A stretch of 64,000 bases of DNA from Octopus bimaculoides (Eukaryota). Below are positions 24,201 to 37,500 of this stretch, piece after piece. Each line of letters starts with the position of its first letter. Within the stretch, counting starts at the first letter, position 1. The notes below the pieces were generated by a model. It did not search any database and was not told the DNA's origin. It saw only the letters and a program-made list of their open reading frames with translations. The DNA is taken from positions 50,479,530 to 50,543,529 of the forward strand of contig NC_068996.1 of assembly GCF_001194135.2 (NCBI RefSeq), given 5' to 3'. A program made the position numbers and the translations under genes.

Positions 24201-27200
24201 CTAGTTGAAATACTTGTTTTACATTTTAAATAGTAGACAATGTAATATTACTCAAGCAAATGGCATTATGCAAATTAGCTTGTCTTAGCAGTTATTAATC
24301 TTATTTTCTGATATTTAAATAATTTGACTTTGGCTCATCATCATCATTGTAATTTAACGTCTGCTTTCCATGCTAGCATGGGTTGGATGGTTCGACTGAA
24401 TTCTGGCAAGCCAGTAGGCTGCACTGGACCCCAATCTGATCTGGTATGGTTTCTACAGCTGGATGCCCTTCCTAACGCCAACCACTCCAAGAGTGCAGTG
24501 GGTGCTTTTTATGTGCCACTGGCACAGGAGCCAGTCAAGCAGCACTGACATCGGCTATGCTCAAATAGTGCTTTTGTATGCCACTGGCTCAGTTTTATAT
24601 TTTCGAGTTATAGCAGATATTCTGTTATTCTGATTTATTCCAACATTCTAAAATTTGAATGAATGAACGAACGAATGAAATTTTCTATTAGACTGTAGAT
24701 TATTTTTTAAAAATTGTCGACTATAATTTTTTTTAAAAGCTGTATTCCTTTTCCTGGCAAGATTTCACTTACTGAAAATGGCTTTACTTTTACTCTCAGC
24801 GTTGGATCCTAGTTAACACCAGTTTATCCAAATCGTTGATAACTTTTAATAAAAATAAGTTTTGTTTCACTGTGATAAGGTTCGTAGTAATTCTCTTGAT
24901 ACCTTCTTCTTGTGTATCTCTATAAATAGGAATTAGTGAAATTGGAAGCTGTGTTTAATAGTTTTTCAGACTTTGAAACTGCTGTGATACAATTTTCTGC
25001 ATTTATTTTAAACAAAAATCTTTATTTATTGTCTTGTAAACTCATATCTCTTCTGCCTTGCCTTTTTTCTTTTTCCTGAGGCCTATTTCCGATGGCATAG
25101 TTTGCGTTGAGGGTCTCAGAAAACCTCGTAAACGTATCGATTTCTTGTTTATAACTCATTTGATTTAATTTTGAATCCTTCAGTAGAAGAAAGGCCGAGT
25201 GGGTTATTAAGCATAAATCACAAATGAGCCTCCTAAAGTGGTCCATAATTCTAAACGTGTCACAATCTTAGCCTCGATTTAAAAGTAAGGCAGGTGTAAC
25301 GGGAGATAACTCTCAAGTTAATTGATAGTTTTTCCTTTCTGAATTTCTTTATTGGTTGTTTGGTGTCAGAAGCAAAAATTTAACATTGTGAACAAATGTT
25401 CGATAATGCTCTTTGCGTTAAAAAAATGCCTCAGCTTTTATTTTGAAATAAATGTTCAGTTAATGAAAATATTTGATCAGAATGAAATTCCATTTATATT
25501 AACTATTAATTTTTGTCATTAGTTATATTAAGTCATTCTTTATTTGGAATATGTTGTAGGCTAACACATGGACAACGGTTCAACGACAATAATTATCTTT
25601 TCCTATTTTTATTAGTTATTTAAAAAAAATTTCTTGTTCTTAGATTTAATGAGTATTCTACCAATTCTCGTATATTAAAAGTGAAAGTCATCTTGTTTTG
25701 ATCTTAGAAAGTGGATATTACTATGGAAATATTGATAAATTACAATTTATAGGAAAGAGACGTACAATCTCAGATCCACTTTGTGATTTCATCTTATATA
25801 TATATACTGGCAAAACTATATAACAATTTTCCTTAAAATATTTTCGTTGTTTATAAATACAGTTTTTGTTAACTCTTAAACCACCACACACGTTCAGGTT
25901 TTCTAGATGTGTTGTTTAGCTCTAATTAACTCTTTTCTATTTCTGTGGTCTTGACTGCATTCTTAGTCTTCTTTTGTTAATTCTCAGACTCTGTAAAATA
26001 TAAATGATGTCTTGTATCTTCTGCTTTGTATATATTTACTCATTTTTGACGTTAGGAAGGGCATCCAGCTGTAGAAACTCTGCCAAATTAGATTGGAGCC
26101 TGGTGTTGCCATCCGGTTTCACCAGTCCTCAGTCAAATCGTCCAACCCATGCTAGCATGGAAAGCGGACGTTAAACGATGATGATGATGATGATGATGAT
26201 TTTTACCTTCTTCCACTAATAATCTTAAACAGTAGTATAAATTAGGTGAACTTCATCTTTGAGTATTTTATTAGCAATAAAATAGATTGCAAAGAAAATT
26301 TCCATAAAGAAATTTGATTCTTAGCACTGGAATATGGGTTGCTTCCTACAGTGCAGCATATTGGGGAAATGTCTTTTACCATAATTTCTGGTTGACTAAT
26401 ACCTTCTAAGTAGAATTTCGTTCATGGAAACTGTACATATCCCTTTACCACCATATCTGCTGTCTTTGCAGATACTCCTACCTTTATATAATGTGGGCTA
26501 GCCATTATATAGAAAGACACAGGCTTGTTTCTGTATTGTAATTTAGTCTCCGAACACTTAGCATAAAGCCATCTCCTTCTTTCAGTCGAAGAGCTATTTC
26601 CTTTCCCTTCCCTTGACTTGCAAGTATTTAACAGCCTCAGTAGTGTTGGTGGTATCAAAAAAACCACCTAGTGATGTATATTGGTAAAAGATATAAATAT
26701 TGTCTAGAAAACCAATAAGATTTAGAGTAAAAAATACTGTGGGTTGTTCGAATTGCACGAACACTAATTTACAATATAAAATATAGAAAATAAATGTTCC
26801 CTCATGTGTAGAAACTGGGGTGGATTTATTCACTTTTGATGATGCTGTTTTATAAGTTATGTGTGTGTAATGATTTTTATGTTCAGTTTTTCCATACTGG
26901 CACAGGTTGCACAAGACTTACTGAGATAATATTCTGTGGCTGAATACTCTTTCTAACACTTACTCTTGTTTTCAATTAAGGTGTTTCATTTCATGTCTTT
27001 GCATCACTGAGTTACTGAGCCGTACAACCAAAGATTCGAGGAGACACACACAGGTACACATACAAGAAGCTATACATGCATACATACATGCATGCATGAC
27101 CATAGGCTATAGTAGAAAATATTTGCCCAAGTGCTCAAAACCTTGTGTTTGCAAAGCAAACCCTGACCGCACAGTCATGCCAGAAAGTTAGGTTTGGAAC

Positions 27201-28435
27201 CTTGTAACTCCAGACTTGACCATGCTGCATGACACCATCTTTTCTATCAATATGTTAAGAAAATATACTTTTTCACATAATATTTTCATACAAAGGCATA
27301 AGTGATACAATTATTTGAACCTGTTGCAGACTTGTGATAGATGCATCGTGCCAAGGTCTTGCAACTACTCAGTAGGATCCATATACTTTGATATGTTTAG
27401 GGAATAGTAAAGTGAGTTGGGGATTAACTGCTTAAAATCAAAAGTGTTGTGGAAACAAGAGTGGAGTCTTTCTGAAAGATGAAAATTTAAGAGCCATCTA
27501 AGTTTATACATTCATTCTTTAAGTTTATATTTTAAATACAGATGAGGAATTCATGAAATATAGACAAGTGTAAATGGGTGAGGAAAACTGATCTTTCTGA
27601 TGGCATATAGATTTGTGAGTTCTCTGTTCTTCTGAAATATATTGGTTTCTTGTTTGATTAATTATATATATATATCAGGGTTTTTTCGAGTTTTTAATTT
27701 TAATTGAAATTTAGTTTCTATTAATACTGTTAATATAAACGTATGTCTGGACAATACTGTGATATATATTCATGTAAATTCTTGATGGAAAAATTTGCTT
27801 TGTGTCAAGTTAGTTTCTTCCCTTTATGATTTATTTGTCTGTCCTTAGAGTTTCTTTTGTAAAATAAAATTTGCAAATTTGGTTTAAGTTTTTGTGTTGT
27901 AAGAAATTAAGAATCTGATTGATTTAAAGCAAAATCTCTATTTGTTGTGGGAGGATTTCAGAAAAGGAGAAATTGTTATCAAGAATTTAATAAGTTTGTG
28001 AAAATGGGTGGTTGAAGAAAGATTGGGTAACTTGGAATAAAGGATGCTAATAGGGTTTCAAATTCCAGAATCTCACTAAATTTCATGCAGATATGAAAAC
28101 ATGTTTTCCTAAATTTATCTTCAATGTGTGGCAGTATGTGTGTATGTTTTCTGTTATTTCCATATTCTGTAGATAATTGTGAGAGTTTAAACTTTATTTC
28201 GAATTCAAATGTTCTTAATGACATATGTTCACAATTACAAAAATATTAGAAAAATATCTTCAGTTATCATTTGAGTAAATACACAAGCCTCTCTTAAATA
28301 TTTTGCCTCAAAAATTATAAAAATGACTATCACTACTATTTGCTATGCTGGCAAAGAAAAAATCATGATATTCCAATAATACTATTTCATAATATTATTC
28401 TGTGATTTTGGAGGATTTGGTGCAAATGGTGGTAA

Positions 28436-28466
<31 letters not shown>

Positions 28467-30921
28467 CTTGCTTTCAAAACACTCTTTAGTTGATATTTTA
28501 ATTCATTTGTCTTCAACTGAAAAACAGATAAAAGTCAATAAAAGCAAGAAGTAATATTTCATGGTTCAGTCAATTGAAAATTTATACTTATAAATTTAAC
28601 AAAAGGATCGTTGTTAATACAAAATCGTGCATTTCTTGTAATGTTGTAGATCTGTTTTCAAAACTCTGAAATTTATTTTGTGTCATCTTTGCATAATCCT
28701 TTAAGCAACTGAATATAAAGAATGGAACAAAAGCAAGTTCAACAACACTAAGCAAATTTCAGGACAAACTGGTGGGTGGGAGTGGTTATACAGATGCTGC
28801 TTTTTTTCTTTTTTCTTTTAAGAAGTTATACACACACACACACATGTACATAGATTCATACATATACAATTATTTATGACTAGCTCCTGTTTTTCTGTTT
28901 TTCTTCTTTTTTTTTTTCCGTGTTTTTCATGCATATTACATTTGCCATTTAAACAATCTTTTTTTTATACACTGAATATTGTGTGCAAGTGTGTTTTCCT
29001 AATCGATATTTGTCATGGGTCTTCTTACAGAGTTCTAAAAATGTTTAAGTTTATGTTTTGATTGTTTGTTTGTATTTATCTGTGTTCTTCAATTTTTAAT
29101 TAAATTTTTTTTTTCTTCTTTTGCACGATAATAAGATTGATTAATCTAATTTCAAAAACAAGCTTACTGGCATTAACTAGAATACATTATCATTTCACTT
29201 TCAGGGTTTAATATTTCATCGTTTAGAATTGATAAATTATTTGATGGAATTTTTTATTATATTTTACACAACATGTGTAATTTTATTTTTAAGTGCTTTG
29301 AAAAGTTTTTTTTTTCCTTTCAGATAGTTTTCTTTTTCCTTCTTGTTAAAAATTCAAATTAGATTCTTTATTACATCATATTTTAAAGTGGGAGAAAAAT
29401 TCTACCATTCAATCATTAAATTGGAATAAGTACTTAACTATATTGATACATTTTAGGAAAAATATTCGACAAGGTTCATTAACTAGTGAAGTATAAAATT
29501 TAGTCTGGGGGGAAATCTAATTTTATGAATCCGATGACTTTACAATTTTATTTCAGTTAGATGAGATATTAATGTTAGGTATACATACAGTGCTTATGTG
29601 TGTGTGTGTGTGGTATAATTATTATATATCTACATATAGTTACACAGCACATTCATATATATACGTGTATATATATATATGCACATGAATATAAATGGAT
29701 GTACTGGGTGTGTGTATGTATGCATATATATATAATATATATTCCATTATGGTGTATCAGCTGGATGACTGAAATGAATTAAAAGCATACTGTGTATATT
29801 TTGAACTGTTACCAAAGGCCACTTTGACTTACATATTTTTTTGAAGTTGATAGAATAATTATGGCTGTTGATATAATTGACTATAAAGAAGATGGCACCA
29901 CAGACAAGTGGCAGAAATCAGCAAGAGGAATATAAGAATATATAATGTGTGTGTGTTTGTCTGTGTAATTGAAACAACAGAATTTGAAGAAACTAGGGAA
30001 ATTCTCTGTCAGCAACTAGTACAAAATGTTTGCAAAGTGGAAAGAAGTGAGAAAAGTGTAACTGTTTTGGGGCAGGGTCCTTTGACTGATGTAGAGTCCC
30101 ACCTGAAATATTAGGCATCCTCCTCTCTCTCTTTCTCTCTTTCTCTCTCTCTTTCTTTCTCTCTCTCTCTCTCTCTCTCTCGCAGCAAATTAGTATTATT
30201 GTTATTTTTTCTATTTTACAAACTACATAAGTTTGGGTGAGTAAAAACAAAGTCATGTATAAACATATATATTTCTGCGAGAGAAATTCTAGAAGAAAAG
30301 AAATGTCACTTTTCTTCTCTTCTGTTGAAAAAAAAAAAAAAAAACCTCTTTCTTTCTTTTAATTTTTTTTTTGTTGCCATTCTGTTGCCCACGTTTTGCC
30401 TATAGGTTCTCATTCTCCACAGCCTAACCATGTTGGGATCATCAATGTGAATTTCTCTCCTCGCAAACTTATTGAAAAGAAAGCAGAGTTTGTAAGGTAA
30501 GATATAAAACTGCATCCACCGGGACACTGTTAGGTTTCACAACTTAAATGCTATGATTATATACATATATATATATTTTTTAACTGTGCTGACTCTGGCT
30601 GATTTTTATTTATTGATATTTTTGCTTTTTATTTACTTTTTAGGTGTGGTTAGATATGTGTATTTAAGTGTGTGTGCGTGTGTGTTAGCTTTAAAGTGTT
30701 TTTTGTTTGTTGTTTTTCCTGACTTGGTTAATTTAGGTAAGGAATAATTTTAAGATTTGCCCAATATTTATTGCGTGTATATGTATGTGTGTGTACATAT
30801 ACACACACATGTATGTATGTGTGTGTGTATGTTTTATAACATGAACTGCAATCACAATAATAATTCTTCTGATATTCAGATGCTCTCTCTCTCTCTCTCT
30901 TTGTCTGTTTGTCTGTCTGTC

Positions 30922-30959
<38 letters not shown>

Positions 30960-33314
30960 GAACTAAACTATTATCATTTGGGACTAATTTTTAAACAGAT
31001 AAAAAATGAAAATACAATAATGATCTTATAGCTTAGAAATTAAGAGTGGCAAGGAAAAGAGAGGGCTTGTGCCCAAAGATATTTAAACTTTTAAATTCAT
31101 TTTGTAATATCAAAGGAATAAAATGTATTTATTTGACATAGCATTTTTGAGGATTTAATAAATACCTGGTGTTGAGGAAAAGATTGTACTTTGTTGTCAG
31201 AAATAATGTGTGCTATTTCTCTTGATAAAAGCATGGAAGTATCACTCTGGAAAACTATATTATATATAGTCAAAACTATATTATATGAATAAAACAAAGG
31301 AAAAAATTAAGTGATTGTGATAAGGAGAAGGAATCACGAAGAAATTAGGCAAAAGATAGTTTAGCCATTCACTTCTATGCCCTGTTTTTCTATACTGGTA
31401 TAGTTTATGTAGCTTGGGTGACTGCTTATTAGAGACATTATTTTGTGGCTGGATGCTTTTCAGGTTAACAACCTTTACCTGTTTTTCAATTTAGGGATGT
31501 TGATTCTCTTGTTTGCACAAAGCACAAAGTTTCACAATATATTGTTTTTATAGGTGATTTAACCCTTTAATATTTAAACTGGCCATATCAGGCTCAAATT
31601 TTCTATTTGCTTTATGTTCAAACTGGCCGAATCTGGCTTCACATTGTCATTCTAAAAATAAGCAATCACATCGAAATCTCAATGCTACAAGATAATGGAT
31701 GATTACTTAAAATCAATGTGAATAAATAAGCATTACATTTGATAATAATCTGGATGCTAAGGGGTTAATTGTGACATTGTTTTATTCAAAATATGATGAG
31801 CTTCATCTAATTTTCAACTACCAGTTCCACTCACAAGGTATTAGTTAATCTAAGGGTATAGTAGAGAATATTACCCAAGGTGCCACACAGATAGAATCTG
31901 ACGCCATGTGGTTACAAAGACAATTCCATATCCACACAACCATTCACACGCTTAAGTAATATAATTATGGTTATAAAGTTCGTAAAGATTTTAGGATTGT
32001 CCAAGTAGTTACCTTCATTGAAATTTTCAATAATAGTTTTATACTGAAACCACATTATTCTACTATTAGCATTGTTGTATTGTAATTAATGCAATTTGTT
32101 ATATCCTCTCCACCTGCAGAAACACTCATTTGTCTGGCTGAAAGCAAATTATTAATGCATAATGCAAGGGTAATGCATCCTTATCATCATATAACGTCCT
32201 CCTTTCATGCTAGCATGGGTTGGACAGTTTGAGGGAAACTGACCAGGCAGAAGTCTGCACCACACTTCTGTGTCTGTTTTGGCATGGTTTTTTTACAACT
32301 TGATGCTCTTCCTAACACCAACCATTCTGCAGAGTGGACTGAGTGCTTTTTACCTGGCACCAGCACAGGCAAGGTCAGTTTTGGCATGGTTTTTACAGCT
32401 GGATGCATTTCCAAATGTCAATCACTTTACAGTGTGGACTGGATGCTCTTTATGTGGCACCATGTAGTAAAGGGTAAAATTATAAAAAACTTACTAATTA
32501 ATTAAATAATGAAGTTGAGAGAGAGAGAGAGAGATACAGGATATAATTTAGAAAGATACCATTTATTGTTTTACAAAGACTTGGAATTACAGACCTTTTT
32601 TTTGTGTGTGTGTGTGTGTGTGAGAATTGGCAAAGAGCAACTTTAGATTTGTTGACCAAAAGAAATCTAAATTAGATCTTATATTTTGTAGTTTAGCAGA
32701 CTGAATGAATAGTTTGAGAAGTTGAGTATAATCTAAGGAGTAGTAGTAGTAGTCGAGTCTGGCTTTAAAATGTGATGCTTTTCAAATGCTTTGATATTGA
32801 CTCAAGAAAAATGTAAAGTATTGCAAACACTTCCAGTCTGTACCAACAAAAGAAAAGTAGGTTTTAATTTGAATAAAAGCAATTATAATAATACTAAAGG
32901 TTTATAAAAGTATTGATTCAAGACGCATGACAAAATATTAATCATGGTATTTCATTTCTTATTTTAAAATGTCTAACAGAAACAGAATTGTTTGAATCTA
33001 AATATTAACACTTTTATTATCTTATCTTTGTTGAAACTCACTGGTTTTGTTTTAATTAATTTTGAAAGTAATGAAGAATTTAGTAAAGTAACTTTGTCAT
33101 TATTAAACTGGTGTTTTGGAACATAAATTAACATGAAATTTTGATGGAAGGGTTTAATTTAGATCACTCTAAAACAAAAAAATTTTTTTATCATAGAACG
33201 AGGAGTGATCTCAGGCAGGCTGGAATGAAAAGAGTTAAAGACTAATATATAGCTATTTTATTTGTGGACTGGTTGTAAAGAATATCCTCTCTCACTGAAT
33301 GTGTGTGCATGTAG

Positions 33315-33385
<71 letters not shown>

Positions 33386-34468
33386 TATATACATGCACCA
33401 CACACACACACACACACACACACATACATGTGCTTCTCTCAGACTATTCTTTCCCTTATAAAGAACTATGCTCAAAATGTCATGCCCCCTTTTCTATCCA
33501 TCTTAAACTGCGCGCCAACCTAATACATTCAATGTGTACATCTTTCTGAATTTTATTNNNNNNNNNNNNNNNNNNNNNNNNNNNNNNNNNNNNNNTACAG
33601 GGTGCGGTGAATAAATTGTCATCTAAATTACACAAAACTGAAAATAATACTGACGTCTCATTTTAACAGATATATTTACCAAAATTGCATAAAAATATCT
33701 TGAAATACTAAAGGGTAAATTTATTCAATAAAATCACCATTGGCTTCAACCAAGCCCTCCAGACAACTTCAGAATCTCCTGCAACTCTTCTGGACGGTCT
33801 CCTGTTTTAAATTGGTGAATGCTGCCATAATCCTTGCCTTCAGTTTGTCTTTGGTGTTACAAGGAGTTTTGTTGGTCTCTCGCTCAACTGCACCCCACAC
33901 ATAATAATGGTGTTTGCAGTCTGGGGAGATAAGTGGCCAGATGTTAGAGGTGATGTGGTCACAGATTGTCTGACAGCTATGACTTTGTTCTCTTGCTTGT
34001 GTGGCATGGTGCAGAGTCCTGTCGCCAGACACAGGGTCTTCCAGCAGCCACCCTCTTGACCCAGGGCAGCACTACCTCCTCTAGGCACTTGATGTATGCC
34101 TCTGTCTTGAGTCTGAGGCCATGTGGGAAGGTGAATAGAGGCATAATGTCCCCATCACGAGTGATCATTCCAAACACCATGATGTTGACTGGATGTTTGA
34201 TTTTTATCACTCTCGGTACATGTCCTCAGACTGACACCCAAACACTCTGAAATGTTCATATTGGAGCTTCCGGTGCAGTACAACATGTTGTTTCCAAATT
34301 TCTGGCAAAGTGAATTGTGTCATGGTGCTGTTTTTCTTACAGACGGTGCTCAACTGACCCTACCATATTGTGTAGCTGACAAGATCAAAAACAAACAATG
34401 CACTTGCACAAAATTAAAAATATAAAATGGCGTCAATTTACCCATTGCACCCTGTGTGTGTATGTATG

Positions 34469-34555
<87 letters not shown>

Positions 34556-37500
34556 ATACACAATTTTCTATCAACATTTCCTTGTATGTATTTTTTAACA
34601 AATTTTGGCTTTCTATTACATTTCTATCATCACCACTTGCTTTCCTTTTTCTCTTCTTCAGACATATTCAGATATTTGTTCTTTCATTCTTCATGGGGGG
34701 TGTCAAGATAAAAAAATTAAAAAATTTTTTTTTTTTTACATATTGTTAACAGAATTTCGTAGTTTATATGAAAATGACAGACATTTTATAGGATTTTAAA
34801 AAAAGTTTTCAATAATTGATGTTTTTAATTCTAGTTCAGAATCATCTTATTGTATATACATTTTCATACACACTGAGTTTTCTGCTGTTTATCTGTCTAT
34901 CCAAATCCATCATAAGATACTTGTTGACCCAGAGCTATAGTAAAAGACTTACTCAAATGTGGTTGTGGTGCAAGCATAACCATATAACCATGTCTGTTCT
35001 TGTCTCAGTAAATTTGCTTATTTATGTAATGGTTCTTTGTGGGCGTAAACAATATGAATTCATAACCTGATTTCTATTGTTGTTAGGCCAAAGACACCCT
35101 TGGTTGATCATCAGTTCTTTGTTTATCCAGAACTACACCCTACATTGGTGGCTACTTTTAGCAGATCAAGTACCTTATATGTTGCCCATCTCTATGGCTT
35201 TCTGTTCAGGTTTTTGCCCTATGCTTGTGTCACTAATGTTCATAGGAAAAGTACACACATCTCAAAAATTGTTGAGAAAACCGAGAGTGTCTTAGCATCA
35301 CTCAGTAAGACCTTTGTCAGCCACTCTCCAGCTGTCTATTTAAAGCTGTATATGACTATGGTATGTCCACACTTAGAGTTTGCATCACCAGTCTGGAACC
35401 CCTATTTTGCTTAGCTTATCAATCTCCTGGAAACTGTTCAGAAATGTGCAACCAGACGAATACCTACCATCAGGCATCTACCATATTCTGAATGTCTTGC
35501 TTCTCTGCACATGGATGCTTTAAAGCTCTGACATCTGGCAACTGAGTTGGTAGACACCCACAAGGTTATCCACCATCTTTCTGACAACCACCTTGGGCAC
35601 TTTTTTGAATTCCATATATCTAATACTTGTGGGCATGCTTACAAAATCAAAAAACAGCACCCATGACTTTTGAACACATTTTTTTCATGCTCAGAATTAC
35701 TGAACCCTGCAATAAACTACCCACATCGTCCGTTAGCTGTCAGGACACAACATCCTTCAAAACTGCCATGCTTCCTGAAGTTTGCCAACAGTACACCTGA
35801 TGCCCCACTCCCTCCATTTTTGTTATTGACTCATTCACTGTTCACTTCCTGTGCATTATTCTATGTACTGTTCATGCACTTTTGGCCACATTTTCTCTTT
35901 TTCCAATGAGTTGAAGTGCACCTGAGCACCGAATAAGTTCATTATATTATATTATATCAATTGTTCTCTTCTCTGTATATTAAACCCTATTGTTATCACA
36001 TTTCTATTGAAAACTGTCATTATTAAGCTGGGGTTTGGAACAAAAGTTAGCATGACATTTTAATGGAAGCTTTATTTAGATATCTGCATATCTATAAGTG
36101 TGTGTGTGTATATATACACACACACGCAGAGGCTGTTGCAGATAAATTGAGACAATTTTTACAATGCATAAAACTAAATAATGGTAGTAGACAGGATATA
36201 AATTTAACGTAACATTTGTTACAACAAAAACATTTATCACTCTATACAGCCATCCTTTCGGGCAATTGCTGCCCCCACATGAGAACAAAATTATTTTACA
36301 GTTGCTGCAACCTCCACCTTTTTGATTTTGCATGTTGCATGTATGATGCAGATCTTCAAACTGTTGACACTCGAGTGAGGTAAAGCATTGGTCCTTGCTT
36401 GAAGTATGTCCTCTAAAAAGTTATTGAGAAGGTTTAAATCTGGGCTATTACTGGGCCAGATGTTGACCCTCACAAAAAGACAGCACCTTCTCACCAGGGA
36501 AGGCTTGTGTTACTTTTGAACCATGGCATGGTGCAGAATCCTGGATAAGCACCACATTGTCAAACCCAAACTTCTGCTCAATCCAAGGTAAGAAAGAGTT
36601 CTTCATGATGTCCAGATACTCCTTTGTGCTGATCTTGAAGCCAGACTCAATGAAGTGTGGATCCATGACACTTCCATTACTTGCCATGGTTCCAAATACA
36701 ATCCCTGAGGCAGAGTTCTTAGTCTCAAACACAGAAGGGTTGTGTGCAATCATTCAAGAATTTCTGTGATTCACCTCAGCATCCACAGTGAACTTCTCAT
36801 CTACAAACACAAGATTTTCCTGCACCTTGATGCTTGATGTATGACAGAAGCTTTGGGCATCTTTTGGCTCTGATTGCTTTGGCCTTAGCTGTCAGGAGTT
36901 GACCACATCATCAAACATAGCTAGTCATGCCAAAGTTCTTGTTTACAGCTCTGGATACTGCGTTCCTTTGCAAGAGTTGTCATGGATGTAAATTCAATCA
37001 AGCGTTTCAGGCCAGCAAGAAACTTTGGATTGTGCTTGGAATCACTTCAAGCCTTGTGTTCTTTTCTGTCAATCTTTCCCCTCTTCTTTATATACACAAT
37101 AAACTGTTACTTTTGAAAGTTTCAGCAACTTAACTACTTTATTGGCAGTGTGCCTGGCTCACACCAAAACAACAATGAGGGAATGATCCTGTTATTCCAT
37201 GACTTTCTGTTGTCAAATCAGTTGACTATTTACCTGAAAAATAAAAAGGAGGATTAGATTTTCAAGCAAACAAGGTCAGCTACTTAAAATTGGTCTCAAT
37301 TTATCTGTAAGACCCTGTGTATATATCTGTATGCATATGTATAAGTGTGTGGATTATATATATATATATATATGCAGGCGCAGGAGTGGCTGTGTGGTAA
37401 GTAGCTTGCTTACCAACCACATGGTTCTGGGTTCAGTCCCACTGCGTGGCACCTTGGGCAAGTGTCTTCTACTATAGCCTCGGGCCGGCCAAAGCCTTGT

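Noticed and set aside
25082-25168. Frame [21 protein letters not shown], superficially like the PDFVGIIC exon
   Set aside because: No in-phase acceptor or suitable donor; the real 74-nt exon is at 30423-30496.
25022-25246. 74-aa minus-strand ORF within the CpG island
   Set aside because: No recognisable domain; its length is within chance expectation.
29908-30256. Short ORFs on both strands with acceptor-like context, a possible nested-gene exon
   Set aside because: No recognisable homology, no consistent splice partners, and the upstream part is a (GA)n tract.
30404-30422. Alternative AG acceptor 17 nt upstream of the 74-nt exon
   Set aside because: It would shift the frame, and there is no support from sequence alone.
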